Assembly (NCBI GenBank): GCA_964243375.1
Contig: CAXTEE010000005.1
Coordinates: 51,006-115,005, forward strand
From: an uncultured Acidobacteriaceae bacterium
Lineage (GTDB): Bacteria; Acidobacteriota; Terriglobia; Terriglobales; Acidobacteriaceae
Direction: 5' to 3'
DNA: 64,000 nucleotides
The notes under the pieces were generated by a model that searched no databases, was not told where the DNA came from, and saw only the letters and a list, made by a program, of their open reading frames with translations. Position 1 is the first letter of the stretch. The number at the start of each line of letters is the position of its first letter. This document shows, piece by piece, positions 20,501 to 31,233 of this stretch. The translations under genes and the position numbers were made by a program.

Positions 20501-20630
20501 GCCTGATGCGGGGACCAAGGTCGTCACTTCCCTCCCGGCTCGCGAGGTGTACGTCGACGTGGCCCCGTCTAGCTTCTGGCGATGGATGAAGTCGGGCAAG
20601 CCCAGAGCTCGCACTAAAGCTAGGCGGTAG
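17547..20630 (+). CDS. Sensor histidine kinase: signal peptide, beta-propeller, Y_Y_Y, TM, HisKA_3, HATPase
   Basis: ITALAQTPDGRLWIGT repeats; YSYQMQGVDRDW..YTGLKPAVYRFLVKA; IARDLHDT; EALTNAYRH, DNGQG, WGITGM; likely start MQRAW at 17547. Confidence 0.92.
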   Translation: MQRAWASSCLVGWAICALLLTLSAAAQRTQTIRQMVHATWTGRNGAPQGITALAQTPDGRLWIGTVAGLYSFDGYAFRRFPLPTSSGVSVISRKVQSLFVSREGGLWVIGLAKGAVYIKDGVGQDAGLFEGKHARFDSLQETAAGRTWAILNDHSIAWCDRDHVWHTTIGPVAQPILVSGIFLDSDETFWAVIDDHLYRRAVTAAAFTETSVIAEGGIHFAESADRTLWLVGQMSKRYKGEIRGVDLRHLDLDGRALTFPFTHSDVNAILVSRGGALWILENDIGAYGDRTPGLTRHEWSAKAWQTDHITSAQGLGDSDSHAMIEDADGSIWIGGERQLERFRPSTLVPLDPGRVGSSWILCANPRGGLWVGSRSGLLMHVSDGKQVQVHGQDGPYKLVCRNDESAWMLDARGLSLIQGTSIHRLPLLSGHGPYLDNWGFSDVLETNDHRLIVAEHGASESKLWEFQRGKWRPFSPELNGVPIHASVERATGELLFGGLDDSLFSVEGEHSRRVPVLGGTLGNILAFQQTSTDVFALGADGIAVYRSGAFHRLLFALPENAEMVSGMVQAQEGDTWLNGRNGIVHVAAAELDAALADPKHRIVSSELHEGDFVGPSISGITSSSAVKDGEGTVWFGTLNGVVSLEQTAAKLPVKAPDLHLETADADGRTFSDRASLPPHVATVRIRYLGLNLTRPEDVVYSYQMQGVDRDWQSVGRRTEAVYTGLKPAVYRFLVKASYGDGNWTQPVELSFQVLPAFYQTWWFALLCALTCLLFVTVLVWLRLRFLARSIQERAEQRADERIRIARDLHDTLLQGMQGLLMSFHVAAQSVPTESKPRALLERALQSADRLLVEGRNRVTSLRGEDLTVGADLLTSLRRAGQELNGGDYKIFHATSDGEPRPMQSVALGELFFVGREALTNAYRHSGATRIELALHYGPKKFTMICMDNGQGIRADVSASPREHWGITGMIERVQRLGGTCNIESQPDAGTKVVTSLPAREVYVDVAPSSFWRWMKSGKPRARTKARR

Positions 20631-21289
20631 GTTGGGGACGACCGTATCCGGGGGTAGTCCACATCTGCCGCGGATGCTCGGACGAGCTCTGCCTATCTCC
20701 ACAGTGGAGTTGTTCGCGAACGGGAAACCGGCAGGTTCTGCGCCAGCGAGTTCCCGCGAAAGTGATCTCGCGAATCATCCGCGAGCAACTCCTTACGGCG
20801 CTTCGGGCGTGAAGCCTCTCCCGCCCCCGTAGCACCTGCGCCCGGCTCTGCCAGTATGCAGCGGGCGAGCCGAAACATACATAACTTCGGACTGGCTGTC
20901 GTTCTGCTGATTAGGTGGCGAACTTCTGTGCGGATCACTTGGCATTCCACTCCTGAAGCCTCGACCTCATCAGCCCTAATGAGCGCTTGTCGGCCTGAGA
21001 ATACCGAGTTGTGTCCCGGCGAGCAGTCTCGAAACTCTCTTCATCTCCTGATCGCGTTTGACAATTATGCCAAACACCAGAACAGAAATGTGTCAGTCGC
21101 TTCGCCAAGCGACACCTATAACGAATCCGGCCCGTGATGTCACCGGCGTGAAGGAACACGTCGCAGGAGGGACCTCCCAGTTCTGATGGCCGGGCGTGTC
21201 ACTGAGGTGTGATTTGACGAAGTATTTGTGATGCTATCTGTCGTATGGCATAGCGCACCCTCTAACTCGCTGACACTCGCTTGATGCTG

Positions 21290-23916
21290 CTAACGGATGA
21301 GTCAAAGAAGTCTACGTCGAGCTGCAGCGGTACGGCATCTGCGAACAGGAGGCGCGCAACCAGGCCGCCATCGCGCTTGCCCGCGAGTTCCACCTGCCGC
21401 TGCTCGCCACCAACGGCATCAGCATGGCGGTCAAGTTCGAGCGCGAGATCCTCGATGTGCTCACCAGCATCCGGCATGGCTGCTCACTCGACGAGGCTGG
21501 CCTGCTGCTCCAGCAGAACGGTAAGCGGTCCTGCGTTCTGCGACTGACATGCATGCTCTTTCCGCGGTGTGCCTGAGGCGATTGCCGCCACCGGCGAGCT
21601 CTCCAATCGGCTCACCCTTCAAATGAAAGAGATGGGCTATGAGTTCCCGAGCTACCCCGTCCCCGATGGCGAGAGCATGGACAGCTTCCTGCGCAAACGC
21701 ATCTTTTAGGGCGTAGCTCGACGCTATGGTGCCAAGGCAAACGCAAGACTACGGGCAAAGGCCGATACAGAGCTGAAGCTCGTTGCGAAGCTGGGGCTTG
21801 CTGGATACTTCCTGATCGTGTGGGACATCGTCGCGTTCTGCCGTTTGCTACTCACTCGGAATCAGTGCAGTCGATCCTGTCGGTATGGAGCTCCTCTTCG
21901 AGCGCTTTCTCTCGGAGGCGCGGGGAATGGCCCGACATCGATCTCGACCTGCCGTCAGGCGACGAACGCGAGCGCGCCATTCAGTACGTCTACGAGCGCT
22001 ACGGCGAGCTTGGAGCCGCCATGTGCGCCTACGTCATCACGTAGCGTGGCCGCTCCGCTGCCCGCGAGGTGGGCAAGTCGCTTGGCTTCGATGCCGACAT
22101 GCAGACCCGGCTTCCAAGGCTGGTCGGCTTCTTCGAGTGGAAGGGGCCGACCGACACGATGGAGCACCACTTCCGCCAAGCCGGTTTCGAGCTTCACCAT
22201 CCGCGTATCGCCAAATATCTGGAACTGTCGATCCGCATGCTCGACCTGCCCCGGCATCTTGGCCAGCACTCCGGAGGCATGATCATCGCTCAGGGACAGC
22301 TTGCCTCCGTCGTCCCCATCAAATCCGCATCCATGCGAGGCCGGAATGTCGTGCAGTGGGACAAGGAAGACTGCACGGATATGGGTCTGATCAAGGTCGA
22401 CCTGCTGGGTCTTGGCATGATGGCAGTCCTTAAAGACTGCGTCGAGCTCATCCCGAAGCACTATGGCAAGAAGGTCGACATCGCGCAGATCCCGCACGAC
22501 GATTCCAAAGTATTCGAGTCGATTCGCCGGGCCGATACCATTGGCCTCTTTCAGGTGGAGAGTCGAGCTCAAATGGCACCCCTCCCTCGCAACAACCCTG
22601 ACAAGTTCTACGACCTCCTCGTGCAGGTTGCGATCATCCGTCCGGGTCCGATCGTCGGCCAGATGAAGAACCCCTACATGGAGCGGAGGCAGGGACCGCA
22701 AGACATCGAGTACCCGCACCCGCTGCTTGAGCCGGTGCTGCGCCGCACGCTCGGTGTGCCCCTCTTTCAGGAGCAGCTGCTGCGCATCGCCATGGTCATC
22801 GCGAACTTCACCGGCGCGAGGCCGAGGAGCTGCGCCATGCGCTCGGCACTTGTCGCTCTGCAGAGAAAATGAAGGCTCTCGAAATTCAGCTCCGCGCGGG
22901 TATGGACGCCAACGGTGTCGGTCCCAAGGCACAGGAGGAGATCATCCTCGCTATCAGCTCCTTCGCTCTATGGCTTCCCGAAGTCGCATGCCGCCAGCTT
23001 CGCCCTGATTGCCTACGCGAGCGCCTGGCTGAAGTGCCACTACCTGTCCATCTTTACCGCAGCCATCCTCAACAGTCTACCAATGGGCTTCTACTCGGCT
23101 GCCGTGCTGGTGAAGGACACAGCGATACGGCTTGCGCATCAAGCCCGTCGATGTGCTGCGATCCGATTGGAACTGCATCCTGGAGCGTGAGCCGGATCAG
23201 TCGCTGTCGCTCCGGCTCGGGCTGCGCTATGTGCGCGGTCTGCGCTCCACCGTCGCGACGGAGATGGAGCGGGTCAGAGCCTTGCGGGCGTTCGGCTCGA
23301 TCGAGGAGCTTGCGCGGCGAGTGCCGTCGCTCTCGCAAGCCAGCCTTTCCACGCTTGCCGAAACCGGGGCCTTGAACTCTCTAGGAGAGGAGGTTCACCG
23401 GCGGGACGCGCTTTGGCAGGTCGAACACGCCGTGCGTCAAGCCGGACCTCTGCTCTCTGAACTGGACGACGACGACGAACAAACCTCACCACTTCACCCG
23501 ATGAACCCGGAAGAACGCATGGTCGCTGACTACGCCGGCACCGGCGTCACCGTCGGCCGTCGCCCGATGGCTCACTGCCGTGCCCGTCTCCATGGAATGA
23601 ACGTCTTCCGCGCCGGAGACCTGAAGCTGGTATGTCACGGCGTGAAGCTCGCATCGCGGGCCAGGTGATTGCGCGGCAGCGGACCGGCACGGCCAATGGC
23701 TTCATCTTTCTCCCGATCGAGTACGGAACTGACATCGCCAACGCCATCGTCGATCTCGACCTCTACGAGACGAACCGATCGCTTGTCACCTACACCACGT
23801 TCCTGCTGATCGAGGGCGCTCTCCAGAACGTCGACAAGGTCATCCACATCCGTGCCAAGTACATCGAAGAACTCGAGGTGAGCGTTGCGCCTACGGTGTC
23901 TCCTGACTTCCATTAG
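21290..23916 (+). pseudogene. dnaE2: Error-prone DNA polymerase DnaE2 pseudogene, 5'-truncated
   Basis: Fragments [58 protein letters not shown], terminal SPDFH; in-frame TAG at 21707 and 22042 plus several frameshifts; no imuA/imuB seen. Confidence 0.9.
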
Positions 23917-24981
23917 GCCGCAGCCGTGAGCGAGCCCATGACCTCGCCCGGCGACAAGCAGCCGCCAAAGACTGGTGGCTCGAGAACGCCTGCCGTATCG
24001 CCGCCTTCCGGCTGCGGCAGCAGCGCTACATGAGCGCAAATACCGTGCCTATCCGCGAGCAGGTGCGCGATTGCGTTGAATTCGTCCGCATCATGTGGGA
24101 CAAAATCGAACGGCACCTCAGAGAAGAGGAGCCATGATGAAGTCCAGCCGAGAAAATCGGCTCAGCAGCGCGTGGCGCTGCCCGTTCTGTAGCGGAGTAG
24201 TGGACGCTCGCACCTTCCGGCTTGATCCGCTCGATGCAACACAGCTAATTTGTTCGATCGTGCCTTGCGCTAACCTCGCGACTATCGGCGCCTGCAGATG
24301 TTGCCACCTGCACCAGAGGCAAAACGCAGCTTAGCGCGATCCCTGCTTCCACCAGGCAGCGGGGGCTTCAGTTCACGAAAGCGACGCGACTTCCACGTCG
24401 TAGATTTCCCTGTATTCCCTGTTCCTGCATGGGAACACTCTACCCTGGGTGTTTTGCCGCTCATAATGGGATTTCCAGGCTTAGTAAGTCACCGCGCCGC
24501 GAAACTTCCTGGTAACCAAGGTGTCACGTAGAGGGCGTTTCGCTCTGGACTGTGTGCACCGCCACACGTTGTGCCCCTTTGAATCATTTAGCACCCTAAG
24601 TAGCGGTTCGCTTGCGCCTATGACGAACCCGCGAGGGTATCTGTACTTAGCCCACGACGCTCACCTCGAAACGACCTCGGGAAAACGCTTGCCACCGCGT
24701 CAACTCTGTGCAGAGTCTCCGAAGTATCAGGGTCTCATCATCCCTTACTCATCTCCTCGCTAGCTCGGCATTGCAGCGGACCAGCACAGGCCTGAACAAC
24801 GATGAGTTTTTCGTGACCGCATGCGGCCGGAGTGTATCCGTGTCGCCCAGCGTCGATTGCTGCACCACATTTTGAATCGACCATCCTGCGTACTGCGTCC
24901 GATAGGCACCACATACATGCACGTATCCTCCTCCGGTAAGCGTTCCGGGGCGAGTTGTTGAGCTTTATGGAGAATCAGAGA

Positions 24982-26232
24982 ATGAGCCAGCAGCGTACGA
25001 ACGCCGCAGCAGCAGTTAGTGACAATCCAAGGGTTGCAGGCGCGACCATCGTGCTCCTCCTCAGCGCAGGGCTCCTTGCAGGTTGTACCTCCAAGCCCCC
25101 AGCAGCACCACCACCACAGCCGCTGCCAGTCACCGTGGTCGAGCTTAAGCCTGCGGATGTGCCAATCTCTGGCGAATGGGTCGGCACGTTGGACGGGTAT
25201 GTCAACGCGCAGATTCAGCCTCAGGCGAATGGCTACTTGATCAAGCAGGACTACCGCGAAGGCGCCCAGGTCTCGAAAGGACAGGTTCTATTCGAGATCG
25301 ATCCTCGGCCGTTTCAAGCGGCACTCGCGCAGGCGCAAGGACAGTTGGCGCAGGCAAAGGGCCAGGTCGCGCAGGCACAGGCTCAGCTTGAGTTAGCGCA
25401 AATCAACGTAAATCGCGATACGCCTTTGGCGAAGGCACGTGCCATTGCGCAGAGCCAGCTTGATAATGACACGCAGCAAAAGGCACAACAGGAAGCGTCC
25501 GTTCAATCCGCTCAGGCATCGGTCGCCGCCGCGGAGGCTGCAGTTGCGAATGCCAAGCTGAACCTTGGATTCACTCAGGTTCGCTCGCTCATCACCGGCG
25601 TCGCTGGGCAAGCTACCTTGCAGGTCGGCAACCTCGTCAACACACAGTCCATCCTGACTTCGGTCTCACAATTAAACCCGATCAAGGCATACTTCTCCAT
25701 CAGCGACAGTGAGTATCTGGCACTTGTGCAGCGGACTCGCGATGGTGGCGGTGACCTATTGAAGAACGCGTCTGCTGTGCCGCTGACGCTTATGCTCTCA
25801 AACGGTGACGCTTACCCTCTCAAAGGTCGTATAGCCTTCGTTGACCGTCAGATCAACGCACAGACTGGCGCCATTCGTATCGCCGCCTCCTTTCCCAATC
25901 CCGGCAATGTTCTGCGTCCAGGGCAGTTCGGCCGGATTAAGGCGGACACGCAACTGCGTCACAACGCGTTGCTGATCCCGCAGGTTGCCATCCAGGAATT
26001 ACAAGGATTGCAGCAGGCGTATGTTGCCGGCCCTGATGGCAAAGCTCACCTGGTTACATTGAGACTTGGACCGCAGGTCGGAACGAACTGGCTTGTCGAA
26101 GATGGTGTTGCCTCCGGCGCTAGAGTTATAACAGACAATCTGCAGAAACTTGGCGAGGGTGTTCCCGTCTCCCCACATGCGGGTTCGCCCGCTGCGCCCA
26201 CCAGTCAAGCGACTACATCAGCCGGGAGGTAA
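24982..26232 (+). CDS. RND efflux periplasmic adaptor (MFP), lipoprotein
   Basis: Lipobox LLAGC; GQVLFEIDPRPF; LRPGQF; start 24982 chosen by RBS. Confidence 0.93.
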   Translation: MSQQRTNAAAAVSDNPRVAGATIVLLLSAGLLAGCTSKPPAAPPPQPLPVTVVELKPADVPISGEWVGTLDGYVNAQIQPQANGYLIKQDYREGAQVSKGQVLFEIDPRPFQAALAQAQGQLAQAKGQVAQAQAQLELAQINVNRDTPLAKARAIAQSQLDNDTQQKAQQEASVQSAQASVAAAEAAVANAKLNLGFTQVRSLITGVAGQATLQVGNLVNTQSILTSVSQLNPIKAYFSISDSEYLALVQRTRDGGGDLLKNASAVPLTLMLSNGDAYPLKGRIAFVDRQINAQTGAIRIAASFPNPGNVLRPGQFGRIKADTQLRHNALLIPQVAIQELQGLQQAYVAGPDGKAHLVTLRLGPQVGTNWLVEDGVASGARVITDNLQKLGEGVPVSPHAGSPAAPTSQATTSAGR

Positions 26233-26235
26233 CGC

Positions 26236-29200
26236 GTGTCAAAGTTCTTTATCAATCGGCCTATCGTCGCGATCGTTATTGCCATCCTGACCGTGATTCT
26301 CGGCACGGTGTCGATGTTTACGCTCGCCACCTCGCAATTCCCCGATATCGTTCCTACAGAAATTCTGGTAACCGCCACCTATCCAGGCGCCGATGCCAAG
26401 ACGCTGGCCCAAGCTGTCTCAACGCCAATCGAGCAGCAGATGAATGGCGTCGACAACATGATCTACATGAACTCAGTCAGCGCCAATAACGGCGTAGTCC
26501 AGCTGTTCGTCGATTTCGACGTCAAGACCGATCCCAACATCGATCAGGTGCTTTCTCAGCTTCGCGTTGATCAGGCGCAGTCACAACTTCCAGCACAAGT
26601 AACAACCGCAGGGCTGACAGTGCAAAAGGCATTGACCTCTCCTCTAATGCTCGTAGCCGTCAATTCGCCTGGAAATAAGCTGAGTCAGGATTTTCTGACT
26701 AACTATGCGATCATTAATCTCCAGGATCAAATCACACGAGTTAAGGGAGTATCTCGCGTACAGATTTTTGGTGGCCAATATGCGCTACGTATCTGGGTCG
26801 ATCCAAACAAGCTAGCAAAGCTTGGGGTCACTGCACCTGAAGTTATTGCGGCGATCCAAACGCAGAATAACGTCAATCCCGCAGGGCAGATTGGTGCTGA
26901 ACCCATACCGAAGGGCCAGCAGTTTACCTATACCGTTCGCACGCAGGGTCGTCTGGTAAAGCCTGAGGAGTTCGGCAACATCATCCTCCGCGCAAATCCT
27001 GACGGCTCCATCCTGCACCTGGCGGATGTCGCCCGCATCGAGCTCGGAGACCAAGCCTACGCCATCTCTGGCCGCTACAATCAGAATCCCTCCGGTATCA
27101 TGGCCGTGTATCAGCTTCCGGGTTCGAACGCCGTCGCGACCGCAGCCGCTGTCAATGCACGAATGAAGGAGCTCTCAGCAACGTTCCCAGCTGGTATCTC
27201 GTATAACGTGCCACTGGATACGACAAAGGCTGTTAGCTCGGGCATTCACGAGATCGTTATTACGCTGCTCGAAGCTCTCGCCCTTGTCGTCGTGGTCGTG
27301 TTTATCTTTCTCCAGGGTTGGCGAGCTACGCTGATCCCGCTGCTGGCTGTGCCGGTCTCCCTCATTGGAACTTTCATCATCTTCCCGGCTCTCGGCTTTT
27401 CCATAAACACGTTGTCGCTCTTTGGTCTCGTGCTCGCGATTGGCTTGGTGGTTGATGATGCCATCATTGTCGTTGAAGCTGTCGAACACCACATAGATGA
27501 AGGCATGGACCCCAAAGCGGCGACTATTAAGGCGATGGAAGAAGTTGGTGGACCAGTCGTCGCCATCGCACTCATTTTAGCGGCCGTCTTTATTCCAACG
27601 GCATTTATTCCAGGCATTACCGGTCGGCTCTACCAACAGTTCGCGGTGACGATTGCCATCTCGGTGCTTATATCTGCCTTCAACGCGCTTACTCTTTCCC
27701 CAGCACTGGCTTCCCTACTGCTCAAGCCGAAGGATAAGAAACAGAAGCCCGGCTTATTTGGCAGAGCGTCTGCACTATTCAATAACTTCTTCGGTCGCAC
27801 GACAGAGAGCTTCGTCCACACCTCGGACGTGCTTATTCACAAGTCGTATCTGGCGATGCTGGGCATTGTGATCATCGCGATTCTTGGCATCTTTCTTGGC
27901 AGTACGCTTCCTGGAGGCTTTCTCCCAACCGAGGACCAAGGCTACATGTTTCTCGCACTGCAGCTCCCCGATGGAGCCTCGGCGCAGCGCACAGATGCAG
28001 CTCAACAGAAGATCACTGCCGCACTACTAAAGACGCCTGGTGTCGAAGGCGTCATCGCCGTTACTAACTTCTCTCTTCTCACGCAAGTACAAAGCACAAA
28101 TCAGGGCTTCTTCTTTGTTGCGCTTAAGCCTTGGGAGGTGCGGAAGAGCAAGGAAGAACAACTGAACTACATCACGGCCAATTTAGGGAAGCAGCTTGCG
28201 GGAAACTCAGATGGAATTGCCTTTGCCTTTCCACCACCTTCCATTCCAGGTATTGGAACCTCAGGCGGTGTCACCATGGTGATTGAAGATCGCTCCGGCA
28301 AAGACGATCCGGAGATTCTAACCAAGAACCTGATGACCTATCTCGGCGCCATCAGCAAGCTGCCGGAGGTTGCTTTTGCGCTTCCGTCGTACTCTCCCGC
28401 AGTCCCACAGCTTTACGCCAATGTGGATCAGGAGAAGGTTCTGCAGCAGCAGGTTCAACTGTCGGACGTGTACACTACCATGTCCACGTTCATGGGCGGT
28501 TATCTGGTCAATTACTTCAATCGCTTTGGCCGACAATGGCAGACTTATGTGGAGGCGGAAGGTACGTCACGTACGGACATCAAGAACATCGACCAGTTCT
28601 ACGTGCGAAGCGCGAATGGTGGACAGGTTCCGCTCGGTTCACTGGTTCATGTCAAACAGATCACTGGACCTGAATACATCTTCCGCTTCAACGAATACAA
28701 CGCGGCGCAGGTCAACATCACCGCCAAGCCCGGCTATAGCTCAGGACAGGTCCGTGCCGCGCTGGAGAAGACCTTCGCTGAGACAATGCCACCCGGTGCC
28801 GGATTCGACTATTCCGGCATCTCCTACCAGGAAGACATGGCACAGAAGGGCGTACCCACCTACGCCGTTTTCGGGCTTTCGCTCCTGTTTGTCTTTCTCA
28901 TTCTGGCTGCGCTATATGAGTCGTGGACGCTGCCCTTCAGCGTTCTTCTCAGCACACCCGTGGCTATTCTCGGCGGATATGTTGCACTCCACATCCGCTC
29001 ACTTGAGAATGACATCTTCGCCACGATTGGTGTCGTCATGCTGATCGGCCTCTCCGCGAAGAACGCTATCCTTATTGTTGAATTTGCCAAGACAAACTAT
29101 GAAAGCGGTATGAGCATTGCAGAGGCTGCGTTGAGCGCCGCTCGCCTTCGCTTCCGTCCGATCGTCATGACGGCACTCGCCTTCGTCTTCGGCTGCCTTC

Positions 29201-29466
29201 CACTGTGGACTGCCACTGGGGCTGGCGGCGCTTCACGCCGCATTCTCGGAACGACGGTGGTTGGTGGAATGTTCCTCTCGACCGCGATCGGCTTGATCTT
29301 CATTCCAGTCACATTCTCCGTCGTCGAGTACATTTCGCATCGCTTCCGCAGAGGCGGAAAAGGTACAACCATGGATTCCAAGATGGACTTTGATCCAGTT
29401 GCCGCCGGCAAAGCAGCCGGCGGCGGACCGAAGCCTTCGACTCTGACGCCGGGAGGTCATGCATGA
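26236..29466 (+). CDS. RND multidrug permease (AcrB/HAE1-like)
   Basis: MSKFFINRPI, GLVVDDAIIVVE, GLSAKNAILIVE, LRFRPIVMT. Confidence 0.96.
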   Translation: MSKFFINRPIVAIVIAILTVILGTVSMFTLATSQFPDIVPTEILVTATYPGADAKTLAQAVSTPIEQQMNGVDNMIYMNSVSANNGVVQLFVDFDVKTDPNIDQVLSQLRVDQAQSQLPAQVTTAGLTVQKALTSPLMLVAVNSPGNKLSQDFLTNYAIINLQDQITRVKGVSRVQIFGGQYALRIWVDPNKLAKLGVTAPEVIAAIQTQNNVNPAGQIGAEPIPKGQQFTYTVRTQGRLVKPEEFGNIILRANPDGSILHLADVARIELGDQAYAISGRYNQNPSGIMAVYQLPGSNAVATAAAVNARMKELSATFPAGISYNVPLDTTKAVSSGIHEIVITLLEALALVVVVVFIFLQGWRATLIPLLAVPVSLIGTFIIFPALGFSINTLSLFGLVLAIGLVVDDAIIVVEAVEHHIDEGMDPKAATIKAMEEVGGPVVAIALILAAVFIPTAFIPGITGRLYQQFAVTIAISVLISAFNALTLSPALASLLLKPKDKKQKPGLFGRASALFNNFFGRTTESFVHTSDVLIHKSYLAMLGIVIIAILGIFLGSTLPGGFLPTEDQGYMFLALQLPDGASAQRTDAAQQKITAALLKTPGVEGVIAVTNFSLLTQVQSTNQGFFFVALKPWEVRKSKEEQLNYITANLGKQLAGNSDGIAFAFPPPSIPGIGTSGGVTMVIEDRSGKDDPEILTKNLMTYLGAISKLPEVAFALPSYSPAVPQLYANVDQEKVLQQQVQLSDVYTTMSTFMGGYLVNYFNRFGRQWQTYVEAEGTSRTDIKNIDQFYVRSANGGQVPLGSLVHVKQITGPEYIFRFNEYNAAQVNITAKPGYSSGQVRAALEKTFAETMPPGAGFDYSGISYQEDMAQKGVPTYAVFGLSLLFVFLILAALYESWTLPFSVLLSTPVAILGGYVALHIRSLENDIFATIGVVMLIGLSAKNAILIVEFAKTNYESGMSIAEAALSAARLRFRPIVMTALAFVFGCLPLWTATGAGGASRRILGTTVVGGMFLSTAIGLIFIPVTFSVVEYISHRFRRGGKGTTMDSKMDFDPVAAGKAAGGGPKPSTLTPGGHA

Positions 29467-30905
29467 GGCGTCCTTCTCTCTGGTCAAGATATAAAGGCAT
29501 GACGGGGGCAGCTGTTATCCTTGCCAGCGCTCTTGCGGGCTGCAACATAGGTCCTAAGTACAAACGCCCGGTCTATCAGGCAGCCCCGACGTTCCGCGGC
29601 GCGGATGAAGCAGCCGTGACCAGCGACGCGCAGAACTCTCTCGGCGATGAACAATGGGCCCAGATCTTTCGTGAGCCTGAATTGCAAGCGCTTATCCGGA
29701 CGGCGCTCGCAAACAACTACGACATCCATATTGCCGCGCAGCGTGTCCTGGAGCAAGAAGCACAGATTCAGATCACACGCTCACAAGAGTTCCCCACTGT
29801 TTCCGTTGGAGGGACAGGCATTGGCGCCTCTTTCAATCCCTCAACGCTGGGCTCGGGCAACGGAAGCAACGGAATCTCAAGCCCACTCTCCTTCGGTTCG
29901 TTCAACCTCTCTGCCGCGTGGAATCCGGACTTCTGGGGACTTTATCGAAAGCAGACCCAGGTGGCCCGTGCACAGCTGCTCGCACAAACCTGGGCTCAAC
30001 GAGCTGTTCGTCTCTCGCTTGTGCAGAACGTTGTGACGACTTATCTCCAACTGCGCGCCCTCGATCGGCAACTTGAGATCACGAAGCAAACTCTGAAGGC
30101 TCGCCGGAACTCCGTTCAGCTCACGCAGACGCTTGCTGATGGAGGCGCAGCACCGCTCTCGGATCTGCGGGAGGCAGAGCAGTTACTCTATACGGCAACT
30201 TCCCGGATCCCTCAGATAGAGCAACAGATTCAGCAGCAGGAGAATGCAATGAATTTGCTGCTTGGCGGAAATCCAGGTCCTGTCGTTCGACCGAACGCTA
30301 GCGCTCTGACACCTCCGCCGCAGGATCTTCCTACTGGTCTTCCAACACAACTCTTAGAACGGCGGCCGGACATCCAGCAGGCCGAGGCGGCTTTGATCGC
30401 AGCGAACGCTCAGATTGGCGTGGCGCGAGCGCAATTTTTTCCACAACTCTCCATCAGTGCCTCGGGTGGCGTAGGCGGAGACAGTCTTTCCAGTATCTTC
30501 AGTCCCGATGGCAAGACAATCTATGGTCTTGGCTCGCTCGCTCAGCCGCTGTTCGAGGGAGGCAGGCTACGCGGGCAGCTTAACGTTGCGAAAGAGACGC
30601 AAAAGGAAGATGCCTTTGCTTACCAGAAGACGATCGCCACAGCACTTCACGACGTCTCGAATGCTCTCATCGCTCTCAACAAGCAGCGGGCATACCGAGA
30701 GCAGCAAGAGAAGCTTGTAGCGGCCGCGCAGGACTCCACGCGCCTCGCCCGCTTGCGCTATCAGGGTGGCGCGACCGCTTACCTGGAGGTTCTTACCACC
30801 GACACCAGCTTGTTCACAGCGCAGTTGAATCTTGTCTCCGCACAACAGGGCGAAGCTCTGACCTTAGTTCAGCTTTACAGTGCCCTAGGTGGTGGATGGC
30901 AATGA
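29463..30905 (+). CDS. Outer-membrane efflux lipoprotein (NodT/OprM family)
   Basis: LAGC lipobox; LLERRPDIQQAE; LYSALGGGW. Confidence 0.95.
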   Translation: MRRPSLWSRYKGMTGAAVILASALAGCNIGPKYKRPVYQAAPTFRGADEAAVTSDAQNSLGDEQWAQIFREPELQALIRTALANNYDIHIAAQRVLEQEAQIQITRSQEFPTVSVGGTGIGASFNPSTLGSGNGSNGISSPLSFGSFNLSAAWNPDFWGLYRKQTQVARAQLLAQTWAQRAVRLSLVQNVVTTYLQLRALDRQLEITKQTLKARRNSVQLTQTLADGGAAPLSDLREAEQLLYTATSRIPQIEQQIQQQENAMNLLLGGNPGPVVRPNASALTPPPQDLPTGLPTQLLERRPDIQQAEAALIAANAQIGVARAQFFPQLSISASGGVGGDSLSSIFSPDGKTIYGLGSLAQPLFEGGRLRGQLNVAKETQKEDAFAYQKTIATALHDVSNALIALNKQRAYREQQEKLVAAAQDSTRLARLRYQGGATAYLEVLTTDTSLFTAQLNLVSAQQGEALTLVQLYSALGGGWQ

Positions 30906-31077
30906 ACTCTCCAACTCTTTGACTGACAGCGTTCCGTGTAGAGCTCTTCGGATCGCTCCATGCGGCTGAGTTCGCCTAGCTAATCAGCTGGAGGCTTCCT
31001 CTTCAGTAGCGGCCAACCGGATTGCAGTCGCCGCTTCGACCCCTATAACTAAACGACTTCCTTATTACATTCTGCCT

Positions 31078-31120
31078 GCCGCGAACACCGCTTCTCCCCA
31101 GGAGCAGCGGTGTTCGCGGC
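31078..31120. repeat. Perfect 15-bp inverted repeat with 13-nt loop
   Basis: GCCGCGAACACCGCT (31078-31092) and AGCGGTGTTCGCGGC (31106-31120); no U-tract on either strand. Confidence 0.85.
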
Positions 31121-31132
31121 GGTGTCCATGAG

Positions 31133-31170
31133 GGAATCAGACGGGAATAAAGAAGTTCCTCCTGTGTTCT
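31133..31170 (+). promoter_or_regulatory. Two tandem ECF-type promoter motifs upstream of the Ser/Thr kinase
   Basis: GGAAT(31133)-N17-GTTCC and GGAAT(31144)-N17-GTTCT. Confidence 0.6.
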
Positions 31171-31233
31171 CCCTAGAGGAATCCGCGCCTGAAGCGCACG
31201 TAGCAGAACGAAGTCTCGAGATGGCGGACAGCT

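Noticed and set aside
1394-22932. Long antisense or alternate-frame ORFs (e.g. 1394-2224, 4312-5097, 19893-20702, 21955-22932)
   Set aside because: Shadows of GC-rich genes on the opposite strand, with no family motifs
24431-24455. GGAAC..GTTTT upstream of the RND operon
   Set aside because: Spacer is only 14 nt and the site is over 500 bp from the start
23913-24763. Short ORFs, including a Cys-rich 79-aa one at 24095-24334
   Set aside because: No recognisable family or convincing start; possibly debris
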